Assembly (NCBI GenBank): GCA_017654855.1
Contig: CM030338.1
Span: forward strand, 3,968,001-4,032,000
Direction: 5' to 3'
Length of the DNA stretch: 64,000 nucleotides
From: Podospora anserina
Lineage: Eukaryota
Below are positions 1 through 12,602 of this stretch, piece by piece (position 1 is the first letter of the stretch; each line of letters starts with the position of its first letter). The notes beneath the pieces are model-generated. The model searched no databases. It saw only the letters and a program-made list of their open reading frames with translations, and was not told the origin of the DNA. The position numbers and the translations under genes are program-made.

Positions 1-1
1 T

Positions 2-238
2 TGCACGCCTGGTCAGTTGACTGTGGCTTGGTTGATGGCGCAGGGGGAGGATATCTTTCCCATTCCGGGGACGAAGAATATCAAGTATTTGGAGGAGAAC
101 GTCGGCGCGGTGCGGGTGGAGGTGAGTGAAGACGAGGAGAGGGAGATACGGGGTTGGTTGAACGACTTTGGGTTTGCGGGGATACGGGTGCCGCCTGGGT
201 TGTTGGATGAGTTTAATGACACGCCTCCTCTGTCGTAG
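2..238 (+). CDS. Aldo/keto reductase, 3' end only (gene starts before the window)
   Basis: Frame reads CTPGQLTVAWLMAQGEDIFPIPGTKNIKYLEENVGA, the AKR C-terminal T-P-x-Q-x-x-x-AW / PIPGT / LEEN signature; TAG at 236-238. Confidence 0.85.
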   Translation, partial: CTPGQLTVAWLMAQGEDIFPIPGTKNIKYLEENVGAVRVEVSEDEEREIRGWLNDFGFAGIRVPPGLLDEFNDTPPLS

Positions 239-1080
239 GCATCATGAGACTGAGGTAGTAATTGATCGTTGATGATTCCACGCCAGCTGAAGTGTAATCT
301 GGGGTACCTATCAGGTTGCATGCATGTAAGGGGGCTGGTTGACTGAGCCCCAAGCCGATTTCTGGAAAGCGGCACGGATCGCTCAACCGAGGCGCTACCA
401 AACAACAACAGGGGTTCTTCATTTAGCGGGCGGGTCGCTGCAGGGTGCACTGTGCGCCCGTCTCGATCAACATGACACCCGACGACTTGCTCTGTTCGTC
501 TGTTCGCTTCACTCAGCTTGCTGGCGACACACACACACAGCACAAAGAGGGAAATCAAGGCGGACATGGCGGCTACCACTCGATCACGACACGTTCTCCC
601 ATTGTCTCGTTCGGGGTTCACCCGACCGCAGGTGGCCCAGCCTCCAGTGGATGGCGCTGCTGGCCAAGCGCTGAGGCTGGCCGCCTGGAGACAAGCAGGG
701 GTTTTAGTAGAGGCTCTGATTTGTTGACATGGGGACACCCTCATGCACTGTAGATCCCCGACATCTAGCCCACAGTGTCAGCCAGCCATCAACTGCAGCT
801 CCTTCTCCCTCTGGTGGTTTGACGGGGGGCGGTCAGCTACTTTTTGGGATGCCCGAATGGTCTTGGTTTGGGGGAAAACAAAACTCGGCAAAGCTGTACG
901 TCTCATTCATGGTTCTCACGATCGACTCTGCACACCCGAGACCCGGTCTGAGGACTTGATTTGTGAGAGTGGCTGTGAGACATTGTATCACGGGCTTTGG
1001 GTGAGGATAAAAGCCACTCTTCTCCTCTTGACCCTCGGTTCCTGACAGGGCCTCTACAAGAATGACCATACCTGCTCTCC

Positions 1081-3119
1081 ATGGCATCACCGCTTGATCC
1101 TGCTCACCCCCATCGCCGGGGGACGCCCAAGAGACTGATTGTCTGCTGTGATGGAACATGGATGAACTCGCTGGGAAAAAAAGGGTATGCCACGTCGAGG
1201 TTCGATTCGTCATGATAATACTGGGATACTAACGACGTAAAGGCACGAACCACCCTCAAATGTGACCCGCATCTCGCGTGTTCTCTGCCGCACCTGCAGT
1301 GATGGCAGGCCCCAGATTATCAACTACTTCGCCGGTGTAGGTACAGCTAACGGCCTGGACCAGTTCACCGGCGGAGCGTTCGGCATGGGGCTGGACGCAG
1401 ACATCCGAGAGGTGTACAACTTCTTGTGCACCAACTACGTCGACGGGGACGACATCATCCTGATTGGCTTCAGCAGAGGAGCGTTTACTGCCCGTAGCGT
1501 CGCTGATATGGTCGCGAGCGTGGGACTGTTGACGCCGGAAGGGCTGGACAAATTTTTTGCCATCTTTGATGATTACGAAAACATGGGCTCGTCGTCCAGA
1601 GACACGGACGACTTTCTGATTGACGGGCTGGAGGAGTACAAGGGACAGCATGGGCAGAAGAAGATTGAGTGGGAGGAGAGGAGGAAGGAGACGTACAAGC
1701 GGGGTTTGAGGGAGAAGAAGCTCACGCGGGATACGTTCCATGCTGGAGCTGGAGAGATTGGCGAGGAGATCAAAATCAAGGCTCTTGCGGTTTGGGACAC
1801 GGTGGGAACACTTGGGATCCCGCCTGCTCCAGTGATCGGTGTTCGAGGAAGCGCTGATCAATGGAGGTTCACCAACACGCAAATCTCGGCCAAGGTCGAG
1901 AACGCCTTTCAGGCTTTGGCTCTTGATGAGCCGAGATATGCTTTCAGGCCTGCCCTCTGGGAAAGGGTACCTGGAAGTACAACAAACCTGAAGCAGGTAT
2001 GGTTTCCTGGTAACCATGGGAATGTCGGTGGTGGTTGGTGGGACCAACAGATATCAGACATCACACTGGCCTGTAAGTTCTGCCTCCTCTTTGGCGTGGG
2101 CTGTGCTGATATTAAATACAGGGATGTGTGATCAACTCTCGACATTGGGACTGGAGTTCAATCACCCACGCATGACCAATATGTTTTTGGAATCACTGCG
2201 CTTCTCCGCTGCTCACCCCTTCCCTTTCTCGCCGCAATCAAAGACTTCGTCGATTGGGTCAGTGGCCAAGTCCATCATCCCCAGATCCATGAGCAAGCTC
2301 CTTCGCGGAGGAAGGAACTCCTCGTCAAACGGGACCACCAACGGGAATGGCACCGCCAATGGAAGTGCGAGCTTGGCTCCAGGAAGCCCCAAGCCTTGGG
2401 GCCACGCTGCCGTCTTTCGACACCCCTTCTCAGCCCCCAAACGAGATCCTCACGAGTGTGATGGAAAGCATGACCACCCCGATGGCCCCTTGCCCCAGTT
2501 GTGGCAGTTTGCTCGGCCTTGGGGCCTGGGTTTGATCAGAAGTCCTACCAGTGTAGTGACCACTGTGGCCGGCAAGACCGTTCGGCGTCCTGGCCTGTTT
2601 ATGCGGGTTGATGAAGACACAAACGAAGATACCAGCGAGCCTTTGCTTGGTACGAGCGAGAGGATACACGCTTGTGTCAGGATCCGGTTGGCCTGTGGAG
2701 GGTTGGGGTTAGATGACAAAGATGTCTGGACCTGCGATTCCCTCCTCAAATCTGAAACAGTTGAGGAGGGTGACAAGAGGAGAAAAGGAGGCCCGTTGTG
2801 GAAGTTGGAAAGGGGTAGCGCGCTGAGTAGCGGCGAAGAAGAATTCGTCAAGGCCTGGAGAATCCGGCCGAGAGAACTGACGCTTGGCACTGACGAGTAT
2901 CCTGAGCGATGTATGTATCCTGTCGGAGAGTTTGATCATCACTGGAAGTGGGTTTATCAAAGAAAGGTGGTGGGGGAAGGCCAGGCTAGGGTGCCACAGG
3001 AGGTTGCTTTGCCTGAAGAGCCGCTGGTGGGATATTGGGAGAGATATCTGCTTGCGCTTTTGGTCGGGGAGGCAGATGTGTGGCGGTTTGCTCAGCAGGG
3101 GATTCTTAATGGGAAGTAG
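1081..3119 (+). CDS. DUF2235 (Tle1-like phospholipase catalytic domain) alpha/beta hydrolase, 3 exons
   Basis: Exons 1081-1184, 1243-2072, 2122-3119 splice in frame (GTATGC..TACTAAC..AAG; GTAAGT..GCTGAT..CAG). Motifs KRLIVCCDGTW, PSNVTR, YFAGVGT, GFSRGAFTAR, VWDTVG, ALALDE, QVWFPGNHGNVGGG. Confidence 0.9.
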
Positions 3120-3487
3120 CGGTGGATTGGATAATGGTCTGAGAGAATCTGTGCTGTCCGGGGTAGGTAGTTTAGCTTGGTGTTTGGTAGGATGGCAAAA
3201 CGGGCAATGGAAGTGTGTGTTGTTTGCAAAGCAAAACCTCCGATGTGGTCTATGGGTTTCCGGGGCAAGGCAGAGGACCAACCATCCCTTCTTTAGACGT
3301 GTGCTTGAGGAGTCTCTGCGAAATCACGGAGATCAGTGAAACCTTAGGAATCATGAGTCACATTCTTACTTTCCGCCTCTTCCACACCTTATTCCATCCG
3401 TCCTCAATTTGACCCACCCCACAACAACCTTGCTCCTTGCCTTAAGAGTCAAATTTTCACCATCCACATCAACAAATCAGCTTAACA

Positions 3488-3559
3488 AGCTGCGTGGCGC
3501 AGCGGAAGCGCGCCGGGCTCATAACCCGGAGGTCACTCGATCGAAACGAGTCGCAGCTA
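3488..3559 (+). tRNA. tRNA-iMet (CAT), initiator
   Basis: 72-nt cloverleaf AGCTGCG..CGCAGCT-A, A1:U72 pair, CAT anticodon, initiator-type GATCGAAA T-loop, T-runs downstream. Confidence 0.95.
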
Positions 3560-5237
3560 AATTATCGTTTGCTTTTTGCACTTTTCTCCCACAGCCTCTC
3601 AACACTTCCCTCGCCCGAATTACATACCTAACGATAACCTCTAGTTAGGTACACGGACCAGCACGCGGATGCCATGGCGCTCTTATATTATGGTTTGCTT
3701 TTGCTTTCGATGTTTGATTGTCTTTCCTGACTTCCACTGTTGACTTCAAACATCGTACTTCCTGTATAAGACAGCCCGTGCATATCTATCTACGCAGCAG
3801 TAATACCATGCCTATGAGAAGGTTCACACAGAGCCGCAACTTCATCGAGTTCGAACCCGAAACTACCTGTGGCTACGGTCTGTCGGGAAATACATAGCGA
3901 GGTGGTGCAGGAAGATGAAGAGAAAGAGCATGATAAGAAGTTCTGAGGTGACCATGATGGTTTGGACACCACTACTATATGGATATTTGCCACAGTTCCG
4001 GTTAAGCACCTCCAGCAAAGCAAGGGTTGCAGAGGAAATTTCTCCTTCTGTGATAAAAGCCAAGTATCGCAATCCATGGGGCGTTGTTAGGACGACCAGC
4101 AGCACGCCCACGGACCACTCGCAGTATAATGAAGAGATCAAAACCCAGGACTTCGCGAGCATATCACTTAAAACGGCGGCCGACTATGCCAGTTATGCCG
4201 AGCATCAGAAATACGACCTTGCGGAGACCGAGTGTAGGTAATTGGGTTGAGGGCTTGGATGACCTGGAACAGGAAATGGAAGAGAGACTCGAGATGAAGG
4301 GTGAACCGAGAAGGAAACGGAGATTTTTGGCATTCAAGAAGAGGGATCGTGGGGAGTGTCGCCTCAAGTGTTGGCGCGACTCTAATGATTGAACAGGAGT
4401 GAAGAGAGCAAAAGAAGCAGAAGAGCGTTGATGAGTGAGTGCTAGGCGTCCAGACCGCCACGGAACAAAATCCAGCCAGCCAGTGCCGACTTTTTTACTT
4501 CACTGGAAATGTTCAATTCAAAGTGTCACGAAGTGAGCCAGTTATAGAATTTAACACCTTTCAAGTCACTCCTTGGAAAGAGCAACTGTCCAGAAACTTA
4601 GAGGTTAGTATGTACTTAGTAAAATTTCAAGGACCATTAGGCACCTATCCTCAGCTCTGTTGTAAAGCCTTCTCCTGCCAACCGAGATCCAGATGGCGAC
4701 CTCGAGTTAGAACAGACACTGCACAAGATGCATGAGGCCAGGACTCGACGTAAAATGGTCGCTCAGCGGAGTCCGGAGATGGAACCAAAGGAGCAAGTGA
4801 ATATGGAAGGTTCGGCTCTAGGTTTTCATCCGAACTATTCCAAGCCTCTAGAAAGTCGCTCCCACCCCCCTACGGCCCGCCTGCAACCACGAGAGTCACG
4901 AGAAGAGCCCGTGAGCCCGAAAATTCTGCTTTGGATAAGGTAAGAGCAACTGTTCAGGGAGGTGAGCACAGGTGAATACCCTCAAAAAGAGGGCCCGTAG
5001 GTGAACTGCGGGTCTGGGCGTCTTCAGTCCTCTATAAAGGCAGCGTCCTCCTCCTTCTTCTCTTCTCCCCCATCCTACTCTCTCATCACCATCTTCATCC
5101 GGGGACCGGAACTGGAACTTTCTTCACTTATCCAGCCGTTCACCTTCATTGCCAAACACCGCATTTGCCTTTCATCAACGTCTTCCTCTTCACCATCAAT
5201 CAAACCTACCTTATTTCATTACCTACACTTCATCACG

Positions 5238-6059
5238 ATGGCACCTTCCGCTTCTTCAAACACCTTGTGTCTCGAGCACCACTGGGCCTTCGGGATGCTT
5301 CTCAAACTCAGCCAGCAGCCTTCCTGCGTTTACGACAAGCAAACTGAGATGGCCATCAGAAACGGCTGGGAAGACCCTCCGGCTGGGTGGAAGGGGACCG
5401 TATCACCCAACACAACAGGTAGCAGAACCTTCACACAGGACAACACAGCCCAGCCCACAGTCGAGCACGCCGAGCACGCCGAGCACGTTACACCGCCCAA
5501 GAAAGTCTTTTACGACCCGGATGACGTCTTTGGCTCATCACACGCCTTCGACACTGCGGCCCAGAAGCGCGGCTCTGCCCTATTCGACTTGGAGGCCGGC
5601 GAAGACAGCGCGAGGGTCTTCCTCAAGACCCCCGCTGATTTCAACAAGTACGCCGCCAATATGAAAGATAAGCGGCCCCTGCTCCAGTTCACGAGGAGAA
5701 TGCGGAGGTTTGACCCTGACGTCGACCTCGATCTTCGTTTGCAGAAGAGGCGAGAATCCATCGTTCGGATGAAGAGGTTCTCACACAAATCCCAACACTT
5801 TGAGCCTGAGGAGAAGAAGGACGATAGCGAGGACGACAGCCACTCCGACCAAGATCATCACTCGGGCTATTTGAAAAAAGGTCATTCGGAGAAGCAACAC
5901 CTCGATGAGTTTGACGCCAGCGACGATGAGACGGACTCCGATCAGGACTACCACACTGGCTACTTGAAAGAAGGCCGTTCAAACAAGCAAAAGCGCGATC
6001 AGGTGGACACCAGGGAGATTCGCGTTCTTGATGACGAGACGTTCACTTGGTGGTGGTAG
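5238..6059 (+). CDS. Hypothetical protein (273 aa) with a 31-aa internal duplication
   Basis: Long ORF with C/G-ending codon bias, TATAAA at 5033-5038 and a pyrimidine-rich leader before ATG 5238; no family recognised. Confidence 0.65.
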   Translation: MAPSASSNTLCLEHHWAFGMLLKLSQQPSCVYDKQTEMAIRNGWEDPPAGWKGTVSPNTTGSRTFTQDNTAQPTVEHAEHAEHVTPPKKVFYDPDDVFGSSHAFDTAAQKRGSALFDLEAGEDSARVFLKTPADFNKYAANMKDKRPLLQFTRRMRRFDPDVDLDLRLQKRRESIVRMKRFSHKSQHFEPEEKKDDSEDDSHSDQDHHSGYLKKGHSEKQHLDEFDASDDETDSDQDYHTGYLKEGRSNKQKRDQVDTREIRVLDDETFTWWW

Positions 6060-7885
6060 AGAACAGTTTCTTCCGCCAACTGTTGAGGAGTGCCGCCATC
6101 TGCGAATGAAGCACACACGCACGCACAAACTGTCGAGCAGTGTGAAAAGATCCACTCGTATAGAAGACCTCGGTTTCCAGGTATGTCATCTGGCAAAAGA
6201 TTCCGCCAAAGTTGAAACTAACGACAATGACGCGAACCAAAAACAGATATCGAGACAAGGAAGGGGGACAGAACACGATGGAGGCAGGAACGACGCGATT
6301 GAGGAAGGAGCGACTGGAGAGCCCATCTGAACATAGGGCACCATTTGTATATAGCATGAATTGGCGATACATGACAGCTTGATCATGGCCCCGAGGTGGA
6401 TGAACTGTTCTCTCCGTCTAGTCCTGCCTCATTGCTACCCGGTCTTGTCAGGGCTGTGTTCAAAGAAACCCTCAAGTGGTCGGTCATCGTAGATGGTGTG
6501 TTGAAAAGGTGCCTGGGCGAGGTGGAGTAAGAATATACAAGCTCCTTGCCCTCCTGACGGCCGTACAGGCACAAATCATATTTGGGGACAAGTCCCTCAC
6601 TCTGAAATTGGAGAGAACGTCAAGATCTTTGGCGAAAACCAAGAGTCCCGCCGTCCACAGCGCTTCTCCTCTTCGGGTGGAAAATCGGTCAGAACGTAAG
6701 AGCGGCGCTCTGTAAGCCCATGGGACTTCAAATTCAGACGAATGGTACAGTCGTTTCCGTTTCACTACTGTTCGGTGATATTGACCCCTAGCTCATCACA
6801 CATATTGGTTTCGGTGAAATGGAATCCTTCCCGCATGAGACATGGGATGTCGTCGCTGGCGACCCAGAGAACTGCACACCATGCTGCGTTGTACGTGTTC
6901 ATGCCATGGGGTAATATTGTAAATTTGATACTGAAAGTGGGACAACGTTGGGTCCAAATTGCTGCCAATTTGGTCCTCGAGTCCGTGGTCATGGTGCCCG
7001 CAGATGGCTTCTCCTCAGTCGATTCCATCATCTCAGTATCGCGAAGTTGGTCCAGGAATCCGGATCATGCCAATAGGTGTTTTACATGGGATCAATAAAC
7101 CCTTCAGCTCTTTTTTGTGAGCCTTGTTCACAGCCCTAATCAGAAGCCCATGGTGGTGGAATTTGCTCATTCAGACGCAGAACTTTGCAAGAGGCGCAGC
7201 TAGGCGAGAGCAGGCATTGTGCCACGACAGCCTTCATAACCACACGGTCACAAATTTGCTCGTGTTCTTTGAGCACACTCAACAGCCGCACCGAAGGAGG
7301 TTACCACAACCATCACATGTCACCGCCGACGTCGGGATATTTTTTCTCCCCCTCGCCCGCGAGTGCCGTCCAGAACAATGCGGGGAAGATAGCGACCGGG
7401 CCGACACAAGCTTCTTGGTTCTCTCTAGCTCCCTCCACAGCCCGCACTTCCCCGGACTAAAGAAGTGGAGCCCCATCCTTTTCCCCGGAGCCAGGGCGGA
7501 GCATCCGTCCTCAACATCGGGATGATCCCGTCTTGTTGGACCCCCTTCCCGGCCGGCAGATGGTGTTTCTGTCGTCACTGCCCTCGGACGTTTGCTCGCG
7601 ACGCGATGGGGGCACGCAATCTCTTGGCCCGGTGTCCGGTGGCGAGTAACAGCTGCACTCCCTGTCGCACTTCGCGATGATTGCCAGCCGTTACATGTGT
7701 AGGACAGGAATCGCACAACAGACTTATATACGCTGGCTTACCTATGCTCTTGCACTTGCCGATCCCTGACTCGGCCTTCTAGATTTCTCACTTACAGCCA
7801 ACCCCAGCTCAACACCGGTCTTATTCCCCCACCTTCTGCTGTCGATCATATCTAGGTACCTACCTTATCCAAGCATTCACACGCA

Positions 7886-9853
7886 ATGACACCAGAAGAA
7901 AGAGTCCCCGTCCTCATCGCGGGCTCAGGCTCAGCAGGCCTCTGCGCGGCCGTTTGGCTGGCCCGCTTCAACATCCCCTACAAGATCCTCGAGCGCCGCA
8001 ATGGCCCCCTCGAGATTGGACAGGCAGACGGCGTGCAGACCCGCACAGTCGAGATCTTCGACTCGTTCGGGATAGCAGAGGAGATGCTCCGGGAGGCCTA
8101 CCACGTGCTGGAGATTGCCTTTTGGTCCGCCCCCGACGCCGAGAAGGGCATCAAGAGGGCCAAGTACGAGGCCGACAAAGAGACCGAGATCAGCCACCAG
8201 CCGCACGTCATCCTCAACCAGGCGAGACTCAACGAGTTGATGACGGGGTTGTTGGGGTCGAACCCACCGATTGAGTACCGATGCGAGGTGAAGAATGTGG
8301 TGGTGGATGAGAATGCGGATAGCAACGATTTGGAGTCTTACCCGGTCAGAGTAGATGCTGTTCGGGACGGAGTTCAGAAGACGTATCGGGCGAAATATGT
8401 GCTTGTATGTCTGCCCCTTCAAACGCCATGGGTGCGGAATAAGCAACATCGTGCTGACTGGGTAAATAGGGCTGTGACGGCGCACACAGCATCGTCAGGA
8501 AATCCCTCGGCTTCAAGATGGTGGGCGACAGCTCAGACGCAGTCTGGGGTGTCATGGACATCTACCCCCGCACAAACTTCCCAGACATTCGCAAAAAGGC
8601 GGTCATCAACTCAGCAGTCGGCAACATCCTCCTCATCCCGAGAGAGGGCGACTCCATGGTCCGCTTCTACACCGAGCTCCCCGCAGGCACCAAAGTCAGC
8701 GATGTCAGCCTCGAAAAGCTGCACGACCACGCCCGCAAGGTGTTTCACCCCTATGAGATGGACTTTGCGGAGACTTTCTGGTGGTCAGCCTACTCCATCG
8801 GTCAAAGAAGAGCCGACTTCTTCCACCAAGATCACCGTGTATTTTTGACAGGTGATGCGTGCCACACTCACTCTCCCAAAGCCGGTCAGGGTATGAACGT
8901 CAGTCTGCAGGACGGCCACAACATTGGATGGAAGCTTGGGATGGTCCTGCAGGGCCTTGCACGCCCAGATATTCTCGAGACGTATGTGCTTGAGCGGGAG
9001 CGGACGGCTACCGAGCTGATCGACTTTGACCGCAAATTCACAAAGCTCTTCAACACCAAGTACCGCCAGGAACACGGCATAACGGCGGGGATGTTTGCGG
9101 AGCAGTTCACCAAGGCGGGCAGGTACACGGCTGGCCAGGCTGTGCAGTACGATGCGTCTGCCATAACCGATATTGGAGAGCACGACAAGGAGTTGGTGGC
9201 AAAGGTGACAGTCGGCATGAGGTTTCCCACGGCGCAAGTGGTGCGGTCGTGTGACGCCAAGGCCATGCAGCTTGTGAAGGGGCTGCCAGCGAACGGGCAG
9301 TGGTATATCGTGGTGTTCTCGGGAGATCTGTCGCAGCCCGAAGCGATGTCGAGGTTGGACGAGGTGAGTTTGATACAACGTCTTGGAGGATGGGGGTTCT
9401 GATGCTGATGTCACCGCCAACAGATCTCTTCAACACTCTCCCAAACAGTCCAGCGCCTCACGCCGACTGGTGTGGACCCAGATGGCGTGATCGACCGGAT
9501 ATTGGTGACAGCGGGCGACAGGAAGAAGGTTGAACTGGACACCATCCCGGATTTCTTCACACCGGTAACCGGGAAGTGGAAGATGAAGAATCTGGGCAAG
9601 ATCTATGCCGATGATGAGAGCTACAACTCGGGACACGGCCATGCGTATGAGGCTTATGGAGTCGATGCTTCCAAGGGCGCCATTGTGGTCGTGCGGCCTG
9701 ATCACTGTGAGTACTTTCTTTCTGTTCGTGTGTGGAGCTTCGAGTGGATGCTGACGATTACCGAAACTAGATGTTGCCAAGGTTTGCAGGTTGGAGGATG
9801 TCGAGTCTCTGGGAAGCTTCTTTGAGGGCTTCTTGGTGCCTGCTAGAAGTTGA
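7886..9853 (+). CDS. FAD-dependent monooxygenase, phenol 2-monooxygenase-like, 4 exons
   Basis: Exons 7886-8404, 8470-9363, 9424-9706, 9771-9853 splice in frame. Motifs VLIAGSGSAGL, GQADG, GCDGAHS, GDACHTHSPKAGQGMNVS and C-terminal VVRPDHYV. Confidence 0.92.
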
Positions 9854-10847
9854 TGAGGCACTCAAGAGGTTGAGAATAGTGTAAAATATTGGCATCCATA
9901 AATGATCTTTGGGAACTCCAACGTCTGTATTACGTGCCAAGCTTGCCCGTGGTACATTGTGTCCAATGCCCTGCTCCCAAATCCGAAACTTTTGTCTATC
10001 CTGTTCAGACACATGTAGACTGAAGACTGACCCAGTAAGCCCCACAGAGCTGAGCCTCAAACCAATGTTCTTAACCAATACCCATTCTACCTCTGAGGGG
10101 GCTTCCAGAGTCCCCTTCGAGTTCAAGCCAAATTAGCACTCTGAGATCCTTAAAGAAGAGTAAGCTAAGACTCACTCGCGACCAGCATCCGCATTGCTTC
10201 TCTGACGCTTATCTTGCTGCTGGATAACCTGTTGGAGCCGATGCCGCTTCTGCTCTTGGGCCGAGCTGCCTTGAGCAGCCTTTTGGGCTGGTGACTTGCG
10301 CGATCTTTCGAGATAGTTGACTGCCCAGGCCGTCGAGAAGACCAGCTTGACGCCGATGACCGTCTTGAGGGGGCGATCCATAGCCATCTTGTCTGCTTGA
10401 GTGGAACGGTGTAGTAGAGTCACCAGTGTTGATGTCGATGGGAGAAAAAACGGGTCAGAGAGGCGCGGTCCGGCTGATGAAGCTACCGTGGTGAAGTAGG
10501 TATTGCGTCGTGAGTCCGGTACGGTTGTCTGGTGAAATTTCGTGGAGTGTTGGGGAATTTCTTGTTGTGGTGGACAGACAAGACTTTGTGCTTAAGGTGA
10601 AAAGCTTATAAGTTGACGGAAAGCCACAGGAAGTTTGAATGGGCCGGTACCTAAGTGGAGAGGAAGAGGAGGCTGTTGGTGACATGGAGACAAATCTGAC
10701 ACCGTTGAGCTAACAAAGTCTATTAAGAGAAGAGGAAATGCTGCAGAAACAAGATATGGTATCTATAGGTTAACAACCAAAAAAGACAAGAGCCAAGAAA
10801 GCCCCCCACGAGTCCATCAGGACAGAAATTTCAGTACTGGTCAGATA

Positions 10848-11603
10848 TTAGTATGTAATGGCAGCCATCCTCCTGAGCCACTCTCCAGCTTTCTCTCCCT
10901 CGATCAGGTTCTCAAAGATCCACCTCCCGACATCCTCCCGACTGATGGTATAGCCAACTGCCTTACTCTCCACCACTCCCTTGATTGGATCCTCCTTCCC
11001 GGCTCTGATCTCCCGCTTGGGACCATCTTTGGCACCGTCAACAAATAGACTTGGCCTCACAATGGTCCATTCCTCCTCACTCTCGACCAAAGCGTCTTCC
11101 ATGGCCTTCTTGTCCTTGTGGGGAACCTTCAGACCGACATGATACAACGGAACAAACAACAACGGTACATCCCTCCCAAAGTCGGATACGCCTGTGGAGC
11201 TGAGGGCAACAATCCGCGGCTTGCCCTGCAGGTTGTGCTCTGTTCTGGCCTTCTGCAAGGCGGCCAAGACGGTCTTGATGCCATTTTCGCACACGTGAGC
11301 GTCGTCCATGCCCATCTTGGACAGGTTGAAGTAGGCGCCGATGGAGAAGACGATAACATCTGGGAGGCCCTGGCGGGGCGAGGACGGTGAAGGGAGAAGG
11401 GCGCGGAGAACAGCATCGACGTCGTGAGCATTGCCCTGCTCTATCCGCAGCAACTTCTGGTCGACTTCGGCCGGGATGTTGTCGGAGAGAGTGGAAGGTG
11501 TGCGGCAGAGGGCTGTGCAGGAGTGGCCGGCAGCGAGGGAGCGCTGGAGGGCAGAGAAGCCTACGCCTCCGGTTGCGCCGAGGAAGAGGATGGACTTGGA
11601 CAT
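10848..11603 (-). CDS. NAD(P)-binding oxidoreductase (atypical SDR / flavin-reductase-like)
   Basis: Intronless 251-aa ORF; LFLGATGGVG Rossmann motif, PHKDKKAME, WTIVRPS, ISREDVG. Confidence 0.88.
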   Translation of the reverse strand: MSKSILFLGATGGVGFSALQRSLAAGHSCTALCRTPSTLSDNIPAEVDQKLLRIEQGNAHDVDAVLRALLPSPSSPRQGLPDVIVFSIGAYFNLSKMGMDDAHVCENGIKTVLAALQKARTEHNLQGKPRIVALSSTGVSDFGRDVPLLFVPLYHVGLKVPHKDKKAMEDALVESEEEWTIVRPSLFVDGAKDGPKREIRAGKEDPIKGVVESKAVGYTISREDVGRWIFENLIEGEKAGEWLRRMAAITY

Positions 11604-12602
11604 TGCGGGGTGAGGATAGAGGTTGAATAAGTAATAGAAGGTATATAGGTCGTGGTGGAGGCGTTTAATAACTCGGGTCAGTAGGGCTGATGAGAATCTT
11701 TTGGTCAGTCAGGTTCTTGGAAGAAGACAAGAGGGAGGAGGTTGCTCCCTTTTATTCCCCCAAGTCGCATCCGGCACTCGCAAGACGGACACGCCATCTC
11801 TGTCTTTCTTGTCCGATTCGGGGTAGATCTCTCGAGAAGGTGACGCCAGCAAACAATGCGCCTCCACCAGCAGCGGGATGATGGATGATGGTGATAAATA
11901 TTGCGCCGTGGTGGTGGTTTGGTCTTTCACAGGGGCCTAGAATGCGACGTTGGCGCACCCAGAGTCGGGGGTCCATCGCAACGTTCCTCCGATTGCTCCA
12001 CTGTGGCTTTTTGCTAGAGATTTCATTGGCCAGTCAGTCGATCCGAAGCCGTCTTGGCAAGCCACCCCGCCAAGAGCTGTCAGGATGACACGGACGGGAT
12101 GAGCACTCACAAATCCGACTCTCTTTCTCTTCGGCGATTTTCCGTCCTCGATTCGGCGGTTATTGATCCACGTCCTCTCACCTCTCTAACACAGCCTTTA
12201 CGGAGTAACTTTTGTTGGTGCTGTGTTGGCAGTCACCAGCCATGTGACCCGAAGTGAACCCACCTCAGCCTGGTGCAGTCATCAACTGACATCACCAGGA
12301 AACCCATGAGGCATCTGCATATCGATCACACATCGCCATGTTTTCCAGATAGGGTTCCAAGAGCCAGCACAAGGCCCACCACACCTCGCCATTCGCGCTC
12401 CAGGATGACGGCGATCAACTCGGCTCGGCTGTTGCCCCCGCCCTTCTCAACGGGTATGCATGCGGGGTGACGCTGGCCCCACTATCTCGTTGACTGCCGT
12501 TCAAGACATGGAGGTCCAGATGGATATAACTTGATAGCTCTTCCTCCAGCTTGAGAAGATATCTGGTGGTAGAACGAATCCATCAGCATTCTCTTCTGCA
12601 TA

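Noticed and set aside
13..1213. Long ORFs 13-744 (-) and 833-1213 (-), and similar antisense ORFs across the window
   Set aside because: Shadow frames of real genes or GC-rich intergenic DNA, with no motifs or codon bias
3804..4392. Overlapping ORFs 3915-4241 and 4084-4392 as a gene
   Set aside because: No recognisable motif and no convincing start or splice model; at most an eroded gene
5001..5237. N-terminal extension of the 352-aa ORF
   Set aside because: Begins at GTG and spans the TATA box and pyrimidine-rich leader; ATG 5238 is the better start
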